Shown piece by piece: positions 9,940 through 19,327 of a stretch of DNA of 64,000 nucleotides. Source of the stretch: Thermoplasmata archaeon (GTDB lineage: Archaea; Thermoplasmatota; Thermoplasmata; RBG-16-68-12); assembly GCA_036395115.1 (NCBI GenBank), contig DASWDU010000011.1:549-64548 (forward strand), given 5' to 3'. The position numbers and the translations under genes were made by a program. The notes under the pieces are model-generated. The model was not told the DNA's origin. It ran no database searches and saw only the letters and a list, made by a program, of their open reading frames with translations. The stretch's first letter is position 1; each line of letters begins with the position of its first letter.

Positions 9940-11232
9940 GTGACGCTCCAACCCGCCGTCCCGCTCGGCATCAACCGGGAGGACCTGGAACTCCTGTCCC
10001 GGACGGTCTTACGCCTCGGCGGATACGCCGAAGGCCTCTTCGAGTTCCATGACTTCGGGTTCGACAAGGCCTCCTTGCGGGACCACATCACGAACGTTCA
10101 CAAGGCTTTGAAGGAGCTTCGGGAGAACTCGACCTCAGGCGGCATCCCCCTGCGTCCGCCGAACATCCCGCCTGGGGCGTTCTGGGAGGACCAAGGCGAG
10201 GTGTGGAACTACCTGCAGACGCTCCGTTTCGCGGCGGGGGCGACGATGATGACGGAGCAGTTCAGCCCTCACATGCCGCGGGAGAACATCGCGAAGACAA
10301 TGACCGCGAAGGTCTACCGGGAATGCGTGATCGGCATCCTGGACGACCTGATCGACAAGGGGGCGTACTCGTACCTTGAGGCGAAAGACCTGCACCACAT
10401 GGTCCTCAGCACGATGTTCGATCCGGACTTCGATTCGACGTCGTTCATGAAGCGCCTGGTGACGATGCTGCGCCAGGACCAGATCCCTTTGTTCGACTTG
10501 ATCAACAACATCACCCGCGGGTTCAACGTCCTCTGGAACCACGCCCCCCATGGGGCCGACTACTTCTATCAGATGGAGATCATGAACGAACGCGTGGCCC
10601 TGAGCCAGGCCCTGACGATGTACCAGAAGGAACCGAACTTCTCGGTCGGTCGGATGGAGAAGGTCTCGGAGAGCTTCTACGCGCCCGACGACTCAATCAA
10701 TTGGTGGGAGAAGCTCGGCGGGCACGTGAGCGTCGCGAGCGGGCACAACCTGATCGACATGGCCTTCACCGACCAATCGTACGACCTCCGGCAGATGAAG
10801 AACTTCCTCGCAGGATGGTACTACTACGACGCCGCCGTGATCCTGATGGACCACGTGTCGAGCATCCACCAGGACCTCCGGAACGGGATTGCGAATCTCT
10901 CGCTCATCGCGATGCGGCAGAAGGAGCTCCGCGAGCTGACATCCCTGAAGAACTACAACCCGCACCTGACGATCGAGGACTACGACGCGCACCTGCGGCG
11001 CATCGCCGACCTCACGTCGATGGGGCTCCGCCTCGCGACGAAGGACATCCCGGACGAGAACCTCGTCTACCCGTTCATGACGATCATGATGCCCGTCGTC
11101 ATGATGGCCGACTGGATCGGGAACCGGGATGACATGATCCATACATTCCTCGAGGCGATCGCGCCCACGGTCAAGAGCGTCGCGGCCAACGGCAAGGTCC
11201 CGATGCGGGCCGTCGCGTCCGTCGCGGATTAG
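9940..11232 (+). CDS. Hypothetical protein, possible class I isoprenoid synthase fold
   Basis: 430 aa with host-like codon usage; LDDLID motif and a degenerate second motif LMDHVSSIHQDLRNG; upstream of the polyprenyl synthase. Confidence 0.55.
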   Translation: MTLQPAVPLGINREDLELLSRTVLRLGGYAEGLFEFHDFGFDKASLRDHITNVHKALKELRENSTSGGIPLRPPNIPPGAFWEDQGEVWNYLQTLRFAAGATMMTEQFSPHMPRENIAKTMTAKVYRECVIGILDDLIDKGAYSYLEAKDLHHMVLSTMFDPDFDSTSFMKRLVTMLRQDQIPLFDLINNITRGFNVLWNHAPHGADYFYQMEIMNERVALSQALTMYQKEPNFSVGRMEKVSESFYAPDDSINWWEKLGGHVSVASGHNLIDMAFTDQSYDLRQMKNFLAGWYYYDAAVILMDHVSSIHQDLRNGIANLSLIAMRQKELRELTSLKNYNPHLTIEDYDAHLRRIADLTSMGLRLATKDIPDENLVYPFMTIMMPVVMMADWIGNRDDMIHTFLEAIAPTVKSVAANGKVPMRAVASVAD

Positions 11233-11340
11233 GCCATCCGCAGGACCTGACCCCGCGGTGAAACGCCCGCCTGCTTTGCGACGGCGTGGGAGGCCGGACC
11301 CGCAGCCCCTGGGGCGCCGGCGGTCCGGTACCCAGGAAAC

Positions 11341-11351
11341 GATTATATAAG
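11341..11351 (+). promoter_or_regulatory. Archaeal TATA box for the polyprenyl synthase operon
   Basis: GATTATATAAG, preceded by purine-rich BRE-like GGAAAC, ~35-40 nt before ATG 11384 in a very GC-rich background. Confidence 0.6.
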
Positions 11352-11383
11352 CCGATTTGATAGCACGGATTGGGACGGCCCCG

Positions 11384-12355
11384 ATGACGGGTTCGCACGA
11401 TTTTGGCGTGACCAAGGAACTCGCCCTCGTCGAGGAGCGGATCCGGGAGAGCATCGTCTCGGAGGAGCCTCTCCTCCATGACATCGCGGCCTACGTGATC
11501 GAGGCCGGGGGGAAGCGGATCCGGCCGATGGTCACCCTCCTCGCCTTCCAGGCGCTCGGCGGCACGGATGTCCGCCAGGCGATCGACCTCGCCGCCGCGC
11601 TCGAGATGATCCACAGCGCGACGCTCATCCACGACGACATCAACGACGGCGGCGAGATGCGCCGCGGCCGCCTCGCAGCCTACCGGAAGTTCGGCGTGCA
11701 GAACGCGCTCGTGACGGGGGACTTCCTCTTCGTCAAGGCGTTCGGCATCGGCGGCAAGTTCGACGCGGACATCGTCGAGCTCACGGCGCAGGCGTGCGCC
11801 GCGCTCGCGGAGGGCGAGATCCGGCAGCAGCGCCACGCGTACGATACGCACGTGAGCCGCGAGGAGTGCCTCGACATCATCCTCCGCAAGACCGCGCTTC
11901 CGATGATGGCGGGCGCGAAGATTGCCGGCCTGCTCGCGGGGGCGCGCCTCGAGGACGTCGACGCCGTCGGGGACTACGGCCTGAACCTCGGGATCGCCTT
12001 CCAGATCGTGGACGACATCCTCGACGTGGTCGGCGACGCCCTCCGGCTGGGGAAGCGGCCGGGGACGGACCTCCGGGAAGGGAACGTGACGCTCGTCGCG
12101 ATCCACGCCCTGAACGACGGCAGCCGGATTGACGTGCCGGCCCTCGCCCGGCTGATCCGCAAGCGGCGCAAGCAGGAGGCCGACGTGCAACGAGGGCTCG
12201 CCCTCCTCCGCGACTCCGGCGCGATCGAGAAGGCGCGGGCCGAGGCCCTGACGTACGCCGAGCTGGCGAAGAAGGCGCTCGATCCGATCCCGGACAGCGA
12301 GGCGAAGGCGAACATGTACCGCCTCGTGGAGTACGTGTTGTCGCGCGACGCCTGA
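11384..12355 (+). CDS. Polyprenyl diphosphate synthase (trans-prenyltransferase)
   Basis: GGKRIRP, HSATLIHDDIND..RRG (FARM), RKTA, FQIVDDILD (SARM), GTDLREG. Confidence 0.93.
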   Translation: MTGSHDFGVTKELALVEERIRESIVSEEPLLHDIAAYVIEAGGKRIRPMVTLLAFQALGGTDVRQAIDLAAALEMIHSATLIHDDINDGGEMRRGRLAAYRKFGVQNALVTGDFLFVKAFGIGGKFDADIVELTAQACAALAEGEIRQQRHAYDTHVSREECLDIILRKTALPMMAGAKIAGLLAGARLEDVDAVGDYGLNLGIAFQIVDDILDVVGDALRLGKRPGTDLREGNVTLVAIHALNDGSRIDVPALARLIRKRRKQEADVQRGLALLRDSGAIEKARAEALTYAELAKKALDPIPDSEAKANMYRLVEYVLSRDA

Positions 12356-12367
12356 GGGGGCGCCGCG

Positions 12368-13465
12368 ATGCCGACCCCCTACGACGTCCTCGTGGTCGGC
12401 GCGGGCCCCGCCGGGGGGACGGCGGCGCGGTACGCCGCGCGGCGCGGCCTCCGAGTCTTGCTCGTCGACAAGCGCAAGGAGATCGGCGTGCCGGTGCAGT
12501 GCGGCGAGTACGTCGCCCACAACGACGAGGTGCGGGCGATCTTCCCGACCGTCTCGGATCTGGAAGACCTCATGGAGATTCCGTACCGCGTCCGGGAGGT
12601 CGACACGCCGGTCATCCGGATCTGGTCGCCGGCGGGACGTCGCTACGACATCCCGTTTCGCGGCTTCACGGTCCGTCGGGACAAGATGGACCAGGGGATC
12701 GCCGACCAGGCGGCGGCGGAAGGCGCCGAGGTCGCGACCGAGACGACCGTCCTCCGCGTCCACGGCGAGGACGTCGAGACAAACCGCGGCAGCTTACGCG
12801 CGAAAGTGATCGTCGGCTCGGACGGTCCGCGCTCGACGGTCGCGCGGTCCGTCGGCCTCGAGTGGCCCGTGTCCGGACCCGCCATGAGCGCGACCGCAGA
12901 GGGCGACTTCGGCACGGCGACGGACCTGTACTTCGGGAACCTCGCGCCCGGCGGATACGCCTGGATCATCCCGAAAGCCGGCTGCGCGAACGTCGGCCTG
13001 GGCACGTGGGAGCATTTCCGCGGGAACCTCCGCGCGCTGTTCGACCGGTTCACCTTCGATCGAGGACTCGAGCCCGGCAAGGCGACGGGCGGGTTCGTGC
13101 CCGTCCAGGGACCGCCTCCGCGAACGGTCGCCGGCAACGCGATGCTCGTCGGCGACGCGGCGGGGATGGTCATGGCGACGAACGGCGGCGGGAACAACGT
13201 GGCGATGATCGCCGGCCGGATCGCGGGCCACACGGCGGCCGACCATCTCCTCGACGGCACGCCGATCGACGCATACGAAGAGCGCTGGCGTTCCGCCGTT
13301 GGCGGCCCGCTCGCGCAAGGCGTGCGGATCAAGCACCTCGCGGACCGCTTCTTCGGGAGCGATCGCCTCTTGGAGTTGTCGATGGTCCTCCTCGGTCGGC
13401 GGCGGATGGCGCGCGCGATCCGCTGCCAACCGCTGTTCGTGCGGGGCAGCGCCAGTCTCTTATAG
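12368..13465 (+). CDS. Geranylgeranyl reductase family protein (DGGGPL reductase-like)
   Basis: GAGPAG, PVQCGE, GGYAWIIPK, LVGDAAG. Confidence 0.88.
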   Translation: MPTPYDVLVVGAGPAGGTAARYAARRGLRVLLVDKRKEIGVPVQCGEYVAHNDEVRAIFPTVSDLEDLMEIPYRVREVDTPVIRIWSPAGRRYDIPFRGFTVRRDKMDQGIADQAAAEGAEVATETTVLRVHGEDVETNRGSLRAKVIVGSDGPRSTVARSVGLEWPVSGPAMSATAEGDFGTATDLYFGNLAPGGYAWIIPKAGCANVGLGTWEHFRGNLRALFDRFTFDRGLEPGKATGGFVPVQGPPPRTVAGNAMLVGDAAGMVMATNGGGNNVAMIAGRIAGHTAADHLLDGTPIDAYEERWRSAVGGPLAQGVRIKHLADRFFGSDRLLELSMVLLGRRRMARAIRCQPLFVRGSASLL

Positions 13466-13492
13466 CGGCCCGAAGTATCGAATCGGGAACCG

Positions 13493-14716
13493 ATGGACTT
13501 TCAATTCCTCGGCGGGGCGTCCGAGGTGGGCCGCCTCGGGATGGTCCTCAAGAAAGGGCCGATCTCCCTCCTGTTCGACTACGGGCTGCTCCCGCGAGAT
13601 CCGCCGCAGTATCCGATGCCCGCCCCTCCGGTGGACGGGATGTTCATCAGCCACGCGCACCTCGATCACACGGGGATGATCCCGTGGGTGACCCGCCGCC
13701 AGGACCTCGACGTCGTGCTGACCCCGTCCACGGCGGACGTCACGGACCTCCTCCTCCAGGACAGCCTGAAAATCGCGGATGCGGAGGGCTTCGACGCGCC
13801 GTTCGACGACGGCGATCTGCGGGGCGCCCGGCGGCGCTTCAAGACGATCGACTTCGGGGACAACGTCGACATCGGCGACCTCGAGGTCACCGCGCATCCG
13901 GCGGGCCACATTCCCGGCGCGACGATGTTCGAGGTGAATGGGACGGAGACGACCGTCTTCACGGGCGACCTGCACACGCTGACGACGGACCTGGTGTGGG
14001 GCGCCCGGCCGGTGAAGTGCGACACGCTCTTCATCGAGTCGACGTACGCGGGGCGCCAGCATCCGGAGCGGCTCAAGTCGGAGCATGCGTTCCTGAAGAA
14101 GATCGAGCAGGTCGTGAACCGCGGGGGCCTCGCGCTCGTACCCTCGTTCGCCGTGGGCCGGACGCAGGACATCCTCTTGACGCTCGCCAAGGCCCGCCAC
14201 GAGGTCTGGCTGGACGGGATGGGGAAGAAGGTGAACTCGATTTACGTCGAGCACCCGGAGTACCTCCGGTCCGTCAAGGCCCTGCGGAAGGCGATGAACC
14301 GCGCGCGCGTCGTGCGAGGTCGGAGGGACTCGCAGCTCGCGTTGCGGGGCGACGTCATCGTCACGACGAGCGGGATGCTCGATGGCGGGCCCGTCTTGCG
14401 GTACATCGAGGAGATCCGGGAGGACCCTCGCAGCGCGATCCTCTTGACGGGCTACCAGGTCGAAGGCACGAACGGACGGCGGCTCATCGACGAGGGCGTG
14501 ATCGAACTCCACGGCGTCACGGTCGACATCAAGTGCGAGTGGCAGAAGTTCGATTTCAGTGCCCACGCGGGCCACGACGACCTCGTTCGGTTCATCGAGG
14601 GATGCGATCCGCAGCGGGTCGTCCTGATGCACGGGGAGAACCGCCAGATCTTGGCGGACGCCCTCGAAGGACGCGAGGTCCTCCTCCCTCTGGAAGGCCA
14701 GTGGCACACATTGTGA
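13493..14716 (+). CDS. Beta-CASP / MBL-fold RNA-processing nuclease (aCPSF-like, no KH domains)
   Basis: LGGASEVGR, SHAHLDH, AGHIPG, ESTY, AVGRTQ, FSAHAG, MHGE. Confidence 0.88.
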   Translation: MDFQFLGGASEVGRLGMVLKKGPISLLFDYGLLPRDPPQYPMPAPPVDGMFISHAHLDHTGMIPWVTRRQDLDVVLTPSTADVTDLLLQDSLKIADAEGFDAPFDDGDLRGARRRFKTIDFGDNVDIGDLEVTAHPAGHIPGATMFEVNGTETTVFTGDLHTLTTDLVWGARPVKCDTLFIESTYAGRQHPERLKSEHAFLKKIEQVVNRGGLALVPSFAVGRTQDILLTLAKARHEVWLDGMGKKVNSIYVEHPEYLRSVKALRKAMNRARVVRGRRDSQLALRGDVIVTTSGMLDGGPVLRYIEEIREDPRSAILLTGYQVEGTNGRRLIDEGVIELHGVTVDIKCEWQKFDFSAHAGHDDLVRFIEGCDPQRVVLMHGENRQILADALEGREVLLPLEGQWHTL

Positions 14717-14800
14717 CCGGATGCCCCGGACATCGGCCGGGCTTCCTCTCGTTGGCGGGTCGTGCCGCTCCGTCGAGCGAGGACCGCAGGGGCGGACCCG

Positions 14801-16018
14801 TCAGATGCCGACGTTCCTCGCGATCATCGCCCGCAATGCCTTCCCCACGTACTTCAGGAGCCGCGGGTCTTCCTTGATCAGGGCCCAACCCACCTTCGAC
14901 GGGAAGTCAATGTCGCCCTTTCTCTCGATCAAGTCGCGGATCTCGGGACTGTCGAAGATGTCGAACAGCTCCTCGAACTGCGCGTCCGTGAGGCGCGCGA
15001 AGCTTTCGTGAATCGCGAGGTCCTTCCGGAGCTCCTTTCCGATCGATCTTGTCCACGCCCGGTGGTAGCGGTGGAGCATCCGCCCGGAACAGTCGTTCGC
15101 CTGGAGGGCCTCGATCGCCGTCCTCGCGGCGAGGTCGGAGCACGTCAGGGCCGTGAAGATGCCACCGCCGGAAACGGCCTTCGCCTGGCACGCCGCATCG
15201 CCGACGATCATGACGTTGTCCGCGTACGTCCGGCGCGGGAATCCGAGGGGGATCCCGCCCGCGATGTACAGGATCGGCTGCGCTCCCTTCGTGTACTGTC
15301 GCACCTCGGGGCGTTGCAGCATTCTCTCGAGGTAGGCGTACGCGTTCCCCTGGCCGACGCACAGGCCGACGCGGGCCGTGTCGCCGCTCGGAATGATCCA
15401 GCCGAAGAAGCCCGGGGCGATGTCGCTCCCGATGAAGAGCTTCACGAATCCCGGGTCGCCGCGCACCCCGGTCATCTCGACCTCGAATCCGGGGAGGATC
15501 TTCTTCGGACGCAGGATGTTGAACCATTTCGCGACGTTCGAACGGACACCGTCGCAGCCCACGAGGATCTTGCAACGCAGCTTCCTCGGCTGTCCGTCCT
15601 GATCGACGACGACCTCGACGCCGCCGTCCTCGCGTCTCGCGGCTTGTGCCTGAGCGCCGAGGAACGTGTGCGCGCCCTTCCGGACCGCGTCCGTGGCGAT
15701 GGCGCGGTCGAACATCGCCCGTTGCACGACGACGGCCTCCGTATCGCGCCCGTCGATGACGAGCTTGCGGCCCGAAGGCGAGTACAGCTCCGCCCCATGG
15801 ACCGCTCCGATGATCGTCTCCTTGCAGTCCACGTACTCGAAGACCCGCGGGGTGACGAGGCCGCCGCACTGGATCGGCTCGCCGATCTCGCGGTGTTCCT
15901 CGACGAGGGCGACCTCGTATCCGGCCTTTGCGACCCTGCCTGCGAGGTAGCCCCCGGCCGGCCCGGCACCGATCACGATGACATCGAAGGAGCGCGCCGA
16001 GGAGACCACGTGCGGCAT
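14801..16018 (-). CDS. Geranylgeranyl reductase family protein (second paralog)
   Basis: GAGPAG, PIQCGG, PGFFGWIIP, IVGDAACQAKAVSGGG. Confidence 0.88.
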   Translation of the reverse strand: MPHVVSSARSFDVIVIGAGPAGGYLAGRVAKAGYEVALVEEHREIGEPIQCGGLVTPRVFEYVDCKETIIGAVHGAELYSPSGRKLVIDGRDTEAVVVQRAMFDRAIATDAVRKGAHTFLGAQAQAARREDGGVEVVVDQDGQPRKLRCKILVGCDGVRSNVAKWFNILRPKKILPGFEVEMTGVRGDPGFVKLFIGSDIAPGFFGWIIPSGDTARVGLCVGQGNAYAYLERMLQRPEVRQYTKGAQPILYIAGGIPLGFPRRTYADNVMIVGDAACQAKAVSGGGIFTALTCSDLAARTAIEALQANDCSGRMLHRYHRAWTRSIGKELRKDLAIHESFARLTDAQFEELFDIFDSPEIRDLIERKGDIDFPSKVGWALIKEDPRLLKYVGKALRAMIARNVGI

Positions 16019-16761
16019 CACTCCTTCAGGTTCATGATGATCTCGAGGAAGTTCTCCAGGTGCTTCGACAGCGACGCGTTGTCGGTATACCCGCACGCGG
16101 ACAGGTCCGGCGCGGCGATGAGCGCGGACGCGCCGTCCACGATGACGTCCGTGGCGATGAGACCCTTCCGGTGGACGGACGACGCTCCCTCCGGAATCTT
16201 CTGCCCCGGCTCCGTGATGATCGTGAATCGGATGCCGCGGGCGATCGCCTGCTCGATTTTCTTCCCCACGTTCTCCCGGATCTCCGAGAACGTCGGCGTC
16301 GACACGATCACGTTCTCCATCGACTGATCGATGAGCTCGCCGACCTTCTCGAGGACGCGCGGCTTCGTCACGATCGTGTAGACGAGCTGCGGCTCGCCTT
16401 TCGACCTCAGGACTTCGTGGAGCAGGTCGAGCTTGGTGAACGTGTCCTCCAGGTGCTCGATGACGCGGCCCTTGACCTTCCCGGGCGCCTCCGGCTTGAA
16501 GATCGTCGGGCGGCCCCGGGTCGAGATTGCAAACCCTTTCTGGCAGAGGCTCTGCAAGACCTTGTACGCGGAAGTGCGCGGAATGTGCGCCGTCTCCGCG
16601 ATCGTCTCCGCGCTCCCGTAGCCGTGGGCCACGAGGGCGATGTACCCGCGCGCCTCGTATCCCGAGAGCCCGATCGATTCGAGGGTCCTCGTGGCCCGAT
16701 CGAACTCCGCCTCCAGGTCCGCACCCCCGGCGAGGAGCTTCGACAAGTCTTGCGGAACCAC
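16018..16761 (-). CDS. TrmB family transcriptional regulator
   Basis: LESIGLSGYEARGYIAL...IPRTSAYKVLQSL..KGF HTH plus C-terminal effector domain; stop overlaps the GGR start (TGATG). Confidence 0.85.
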   Translation of the reverse strand: MVPQDLSKLLAGGADLEAEFDRATRTLESIGLSGYEARGYIALVAHGYGSAETIAETAHIPRTSAYKVLQSLCQKGFAISTRGRPTIFKPEAPGKVKGRVIEHLEDTFTKLDLLHEVLRSKGEPQLVYTIVTKPRVLEKVGELIDQSMENVIVSTPTFSEIRENVGKKIEQAIARGIRFTIITEPGQKIPEGASSVHRKGLIATDVIVDGASALIAAPDLSACGYTDNASLSKHLENFLEIIMNLKE

Positions 16762-16872
16762 GATTCCACGATACCCTAGGGCGCCATTTGACCTTTTCGA
16801 AAGGGCCGCGTGCGGGCCGGGCGGTCGACCGGCACAAGCCTTTATCCCGACGGGACCTTTCCGTCGCGGTCC

Positions 16873-19326
16873 ATGGGCTCGGTGCGACCGGCCGGCTTGG
16901 CCCTCGGGGCCGCCCTCCTCCTGTTCTGGGCCGTCGTCGGGCCGTCGATCGGACAGAATCCGGCGGGCCGGATGATCGTCGCGACGGACTACGAGCTCTT
17001 CGGGACCTCGGACTTGCGCGGCGGCGGTCACGTCTCGTGGACCTTCACGGGATCGAAGGCCGCGGAGTTCCGCGCGAGGCTCATCCACATGTTCGACGAG
17101 TACGACATCGTCCCGCGTGGCTTCCCCGAGTCCGGCGCCTCGATTCTCGCGAACCGCGACGGGCGGCTCGACGCGGCGGAGGGACTCGTCTATACGGACC
17201 GCCTCGAGGTGATGCTCGAACGCCCCCCGGCGACAACGCTCCCCGGCACACCCGTGCAGTACATGAACCTCGGTCGCTTCAATCTGCGGGAGGACGATCC
17301 GAGCGATCGGGACACAGGTTTCCGGCGGAGCACCGCCGGCCTCGCGGGGGAGGATCTCAATTCCACTGCCGATGTCGTCATCCGCTTTCTCTTCGAGGCC
17401 TATTCGACCACGGCGAACGCACGCGTGCCGCTCCCGACGCCGGTCTTGGCGGAGGCTCCGTATGCCTTCTTTTCCTATGAGGCACAGCAGTCGCCGACGA
17501 TGACGCCGTCGGGCTTTCTTCCGGACGTCTGGCCGTTCTTGCACGAAGGCGGTTGGCACAACAATACCACCGCGGACGGGAGGAAAGCGATGTGGGCGGG
17601 CAACGACACGACCGGCGCGTACGACAACAACACCGTCGCCGCCACCCGGACGACCGCGGATCCCGCCCTCGCGCGCGCTTCGTCGTTCTACGAGCCGTTC
17701 GATCTACGGTTCGCATCTCACGCGTGGGTGACGTTCAACTACACGGGCCAGGTCGCGGACCCGAACGACCGGCTGCATCTGCAGATCGCGCAGGAGCCTT
17801 CCTTGACGATATGGACGAACCTGTCGTTCGGGCCATCGTTCGATCTGCCGTCGACGCCTGTCGGCTCATGGACGAACGCGACCGTGGACCTGGACGCGTA
17901 CCTCGGGCAGCGCGTACGGCTCCGCCTGAACTTCACTTCCGACGGGACGGGGAGCGGGCCGGGCTTCTTCATCCGAGATTTCGCCTTGCACGCGCCGGCC
18001 GACTACGAGGGCGAAGTCGTCGAGACGGATTCGCACTACCTGGTCGGCACGCTCAGCTTCTCCGATCCCGCACTCGTCTCCGGCGGCACTCAGCTCATCC
18101 GAACGCCCGGGGGCGAGATCCTGTACTACACGTCGGCGTGGGACGCGAGCGCCCCGGCTCCCGACTCAATTCGCTTCCGCACCCTCGACCTCACCGAGAA
18201 CCCGCAAGTCCTGTTCGGAGTCATGCTCGTGGCGTCGCACGCCATCTCGCGTCTCCAGAACGGCGCCTACCACCGGTACCGCGAGTCCCATCCGAGCGTT
18301 TTTCGGCCGGCGGTGCACAGGGTGAAATGGCTGCACAACATCGGCCGCGTCGCGATCGGTGTGCTGATCCTCTTCTACTTCGTCCCGACGGCCCTGGGAG
18401 TGGTCGGCCTTCGCACCTTCGTCTCGGGGCCCGCATACTGGTTCCTCTCCTTGACCCTCGCCTTGCTCGTCGGATTCGGCACGCGGGCGTACTACCGGCA
18501 GAGACTCGAGGAGGCGCCGCCTCCCGTGGTTGGCGCTCCACCCATCCTCGAGGGGCGAGAAGAGGTCCCGCCCTCGCCCGAACCGGTGGCCGTGTTCGCC
18601 CACTGCACGCACTGTCTGCGCGAGGTGCGGGAAGGCGACAAGACGTACAACTGCACGTGCGGCGCGGTGTACCACCTCAGCTGTGCTGCCGGCCTGATGC
18701 GTTGCGCGAACTGCCGAAAACCGATCGCCCTCGAGGTCGTCCGGGAGAAGAAGGTCGTCTCGATGCGGTGCGAGTCGTGCGGCGAGCTGCAGGTGATCCC
18801 GGAGGGCGCCGATCCCCGCGCGGTCACATGCGAGCACTGCGGCGGCCGCCTCCGCCACCTGGACACGGGCAAGCGGTACCTGATCGTCGCGAACAATCCC
18901 GCGATCGCGTTCGCGTGGATGCACGACCTGACGCAGGGCGGCAAGCCGTCCCTCTGCTTCTCGCCTGCGGCCCCGGACCGGCTCCGGCTCGAGTTCGGCG
19001 GCGAGGACGTGCAGTTCTTGCAGGTCTCCTCGCAGGCGCCGAACGCAATCGATCCGCACAAGCTCGATCCCGCCGGGCTGCGGGCGATCCTACCGCTCGC
19101 GCGGCAGGGCAAGGGTGGTGTCATCCTGTACGACGGCCTGGATCAGATCGTCTCGGACGCGTCTCTGGGCGACGTGATCCGCTTCCTCCGAAAGGCCAAC
19201 GACATGGCGTTCGTGCACGGGGTCACGGTGGTCGCGCGCGTCTCGCCCGGCCTTCTCCCGGACCCGGACCTCCGGCGGCTTCGCGCGGAGTTCGACGAGT
19301 ACATGGACCTCTCGGCCCAGATGTGA
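16873..19326 (+). CDS. Membrane protein: signal/anchor, extracellular beta-rich domain, TM helices, C4HC3 zinc finger, zinc ribbon, DUF835
   Basis: N-terminal hydrophobic segment; WTNATVDLDAYLGQRVRLRLNFTSDG jelly-roll-like motif; Cys clusters; C-terminal VILYDGLDQIV of DUF835/KaiC-like type. Confidence 0.7.
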   Translation: MGSVRPAGLALGAALLLFWAVVGPSIGQNPAGRMIVATDYELFGTSDLRGGGHVSWTFTGSKAAEFRARLIHMFDEYDIVPRGFPESGASILANRDGRLDAAEGLVYTDRLEVMLERPPATTLPGTPVQYMNLGRFNLREDDPSDRDTGFRRSTAGLAGEDLNSTADVVIRFLFEAYSTTANARVPLPTPVLAEAPYAFFSYEAQQSPTMTPSGFLPDVWPFLHEGGWHNNTTADGRKAMWAGNDTTGAYDNNTVAATRTTADPALARASSFYEPFDLRFASHAWVTFNYTGQVADPNDRLHLQIAQEPSLTIWTNLSFGPSFDLPSTPVGSWTNATVDLDAYLGQRVRLRLNFTSDGTGSGPGFFIRDFALHAPADYEGEVVETDSHYLVGTLSFSDPALVSGGTQLIRTPGGEILYYTSAWDASAPAPDSIRFRTLDLTENPQVLFGVMLVASHAISRLQNGAYHRYRESHPSVFRPAVHRVKWLHNIGRVAIGVLILFYFVPTALGVVGLRTFVSGPAYWFLSLTLALLVGFGTRAYYRQRLEEAPPPVVGAPPILEGREEVPPSPEPVAVFAHCTHCLREVREGDKTYNCTCGAVYHLSCAAGLMRCANCRKPIALEVVREKKVVSMRCESCGELQVIPEGADPRAVTCEHCGGRLRHLDTGKRYLIVANNPAIAFAWMHDLTQGGKPSLCFSPAAPDRLRLEFGGEDVQFLQVSSQAPNAIDPHKLDPAGLRAILPLARQGKGGVILYDGLDQIVSDASLGDVIRFLRKANDMAFVHGVTVVARVSPGLLPDPDLRRLRAEFDEYMDLSAQM

Positions 19327-19327
19327 T

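Noticed and set aside
11233..11335. GC-rich hairpin CCGGACC..GGTCCGG as an ncRNA
   Set aside because: A single stem in very GC-rich sequence with no recognisable family motif; could be chance or a terminator-like element.
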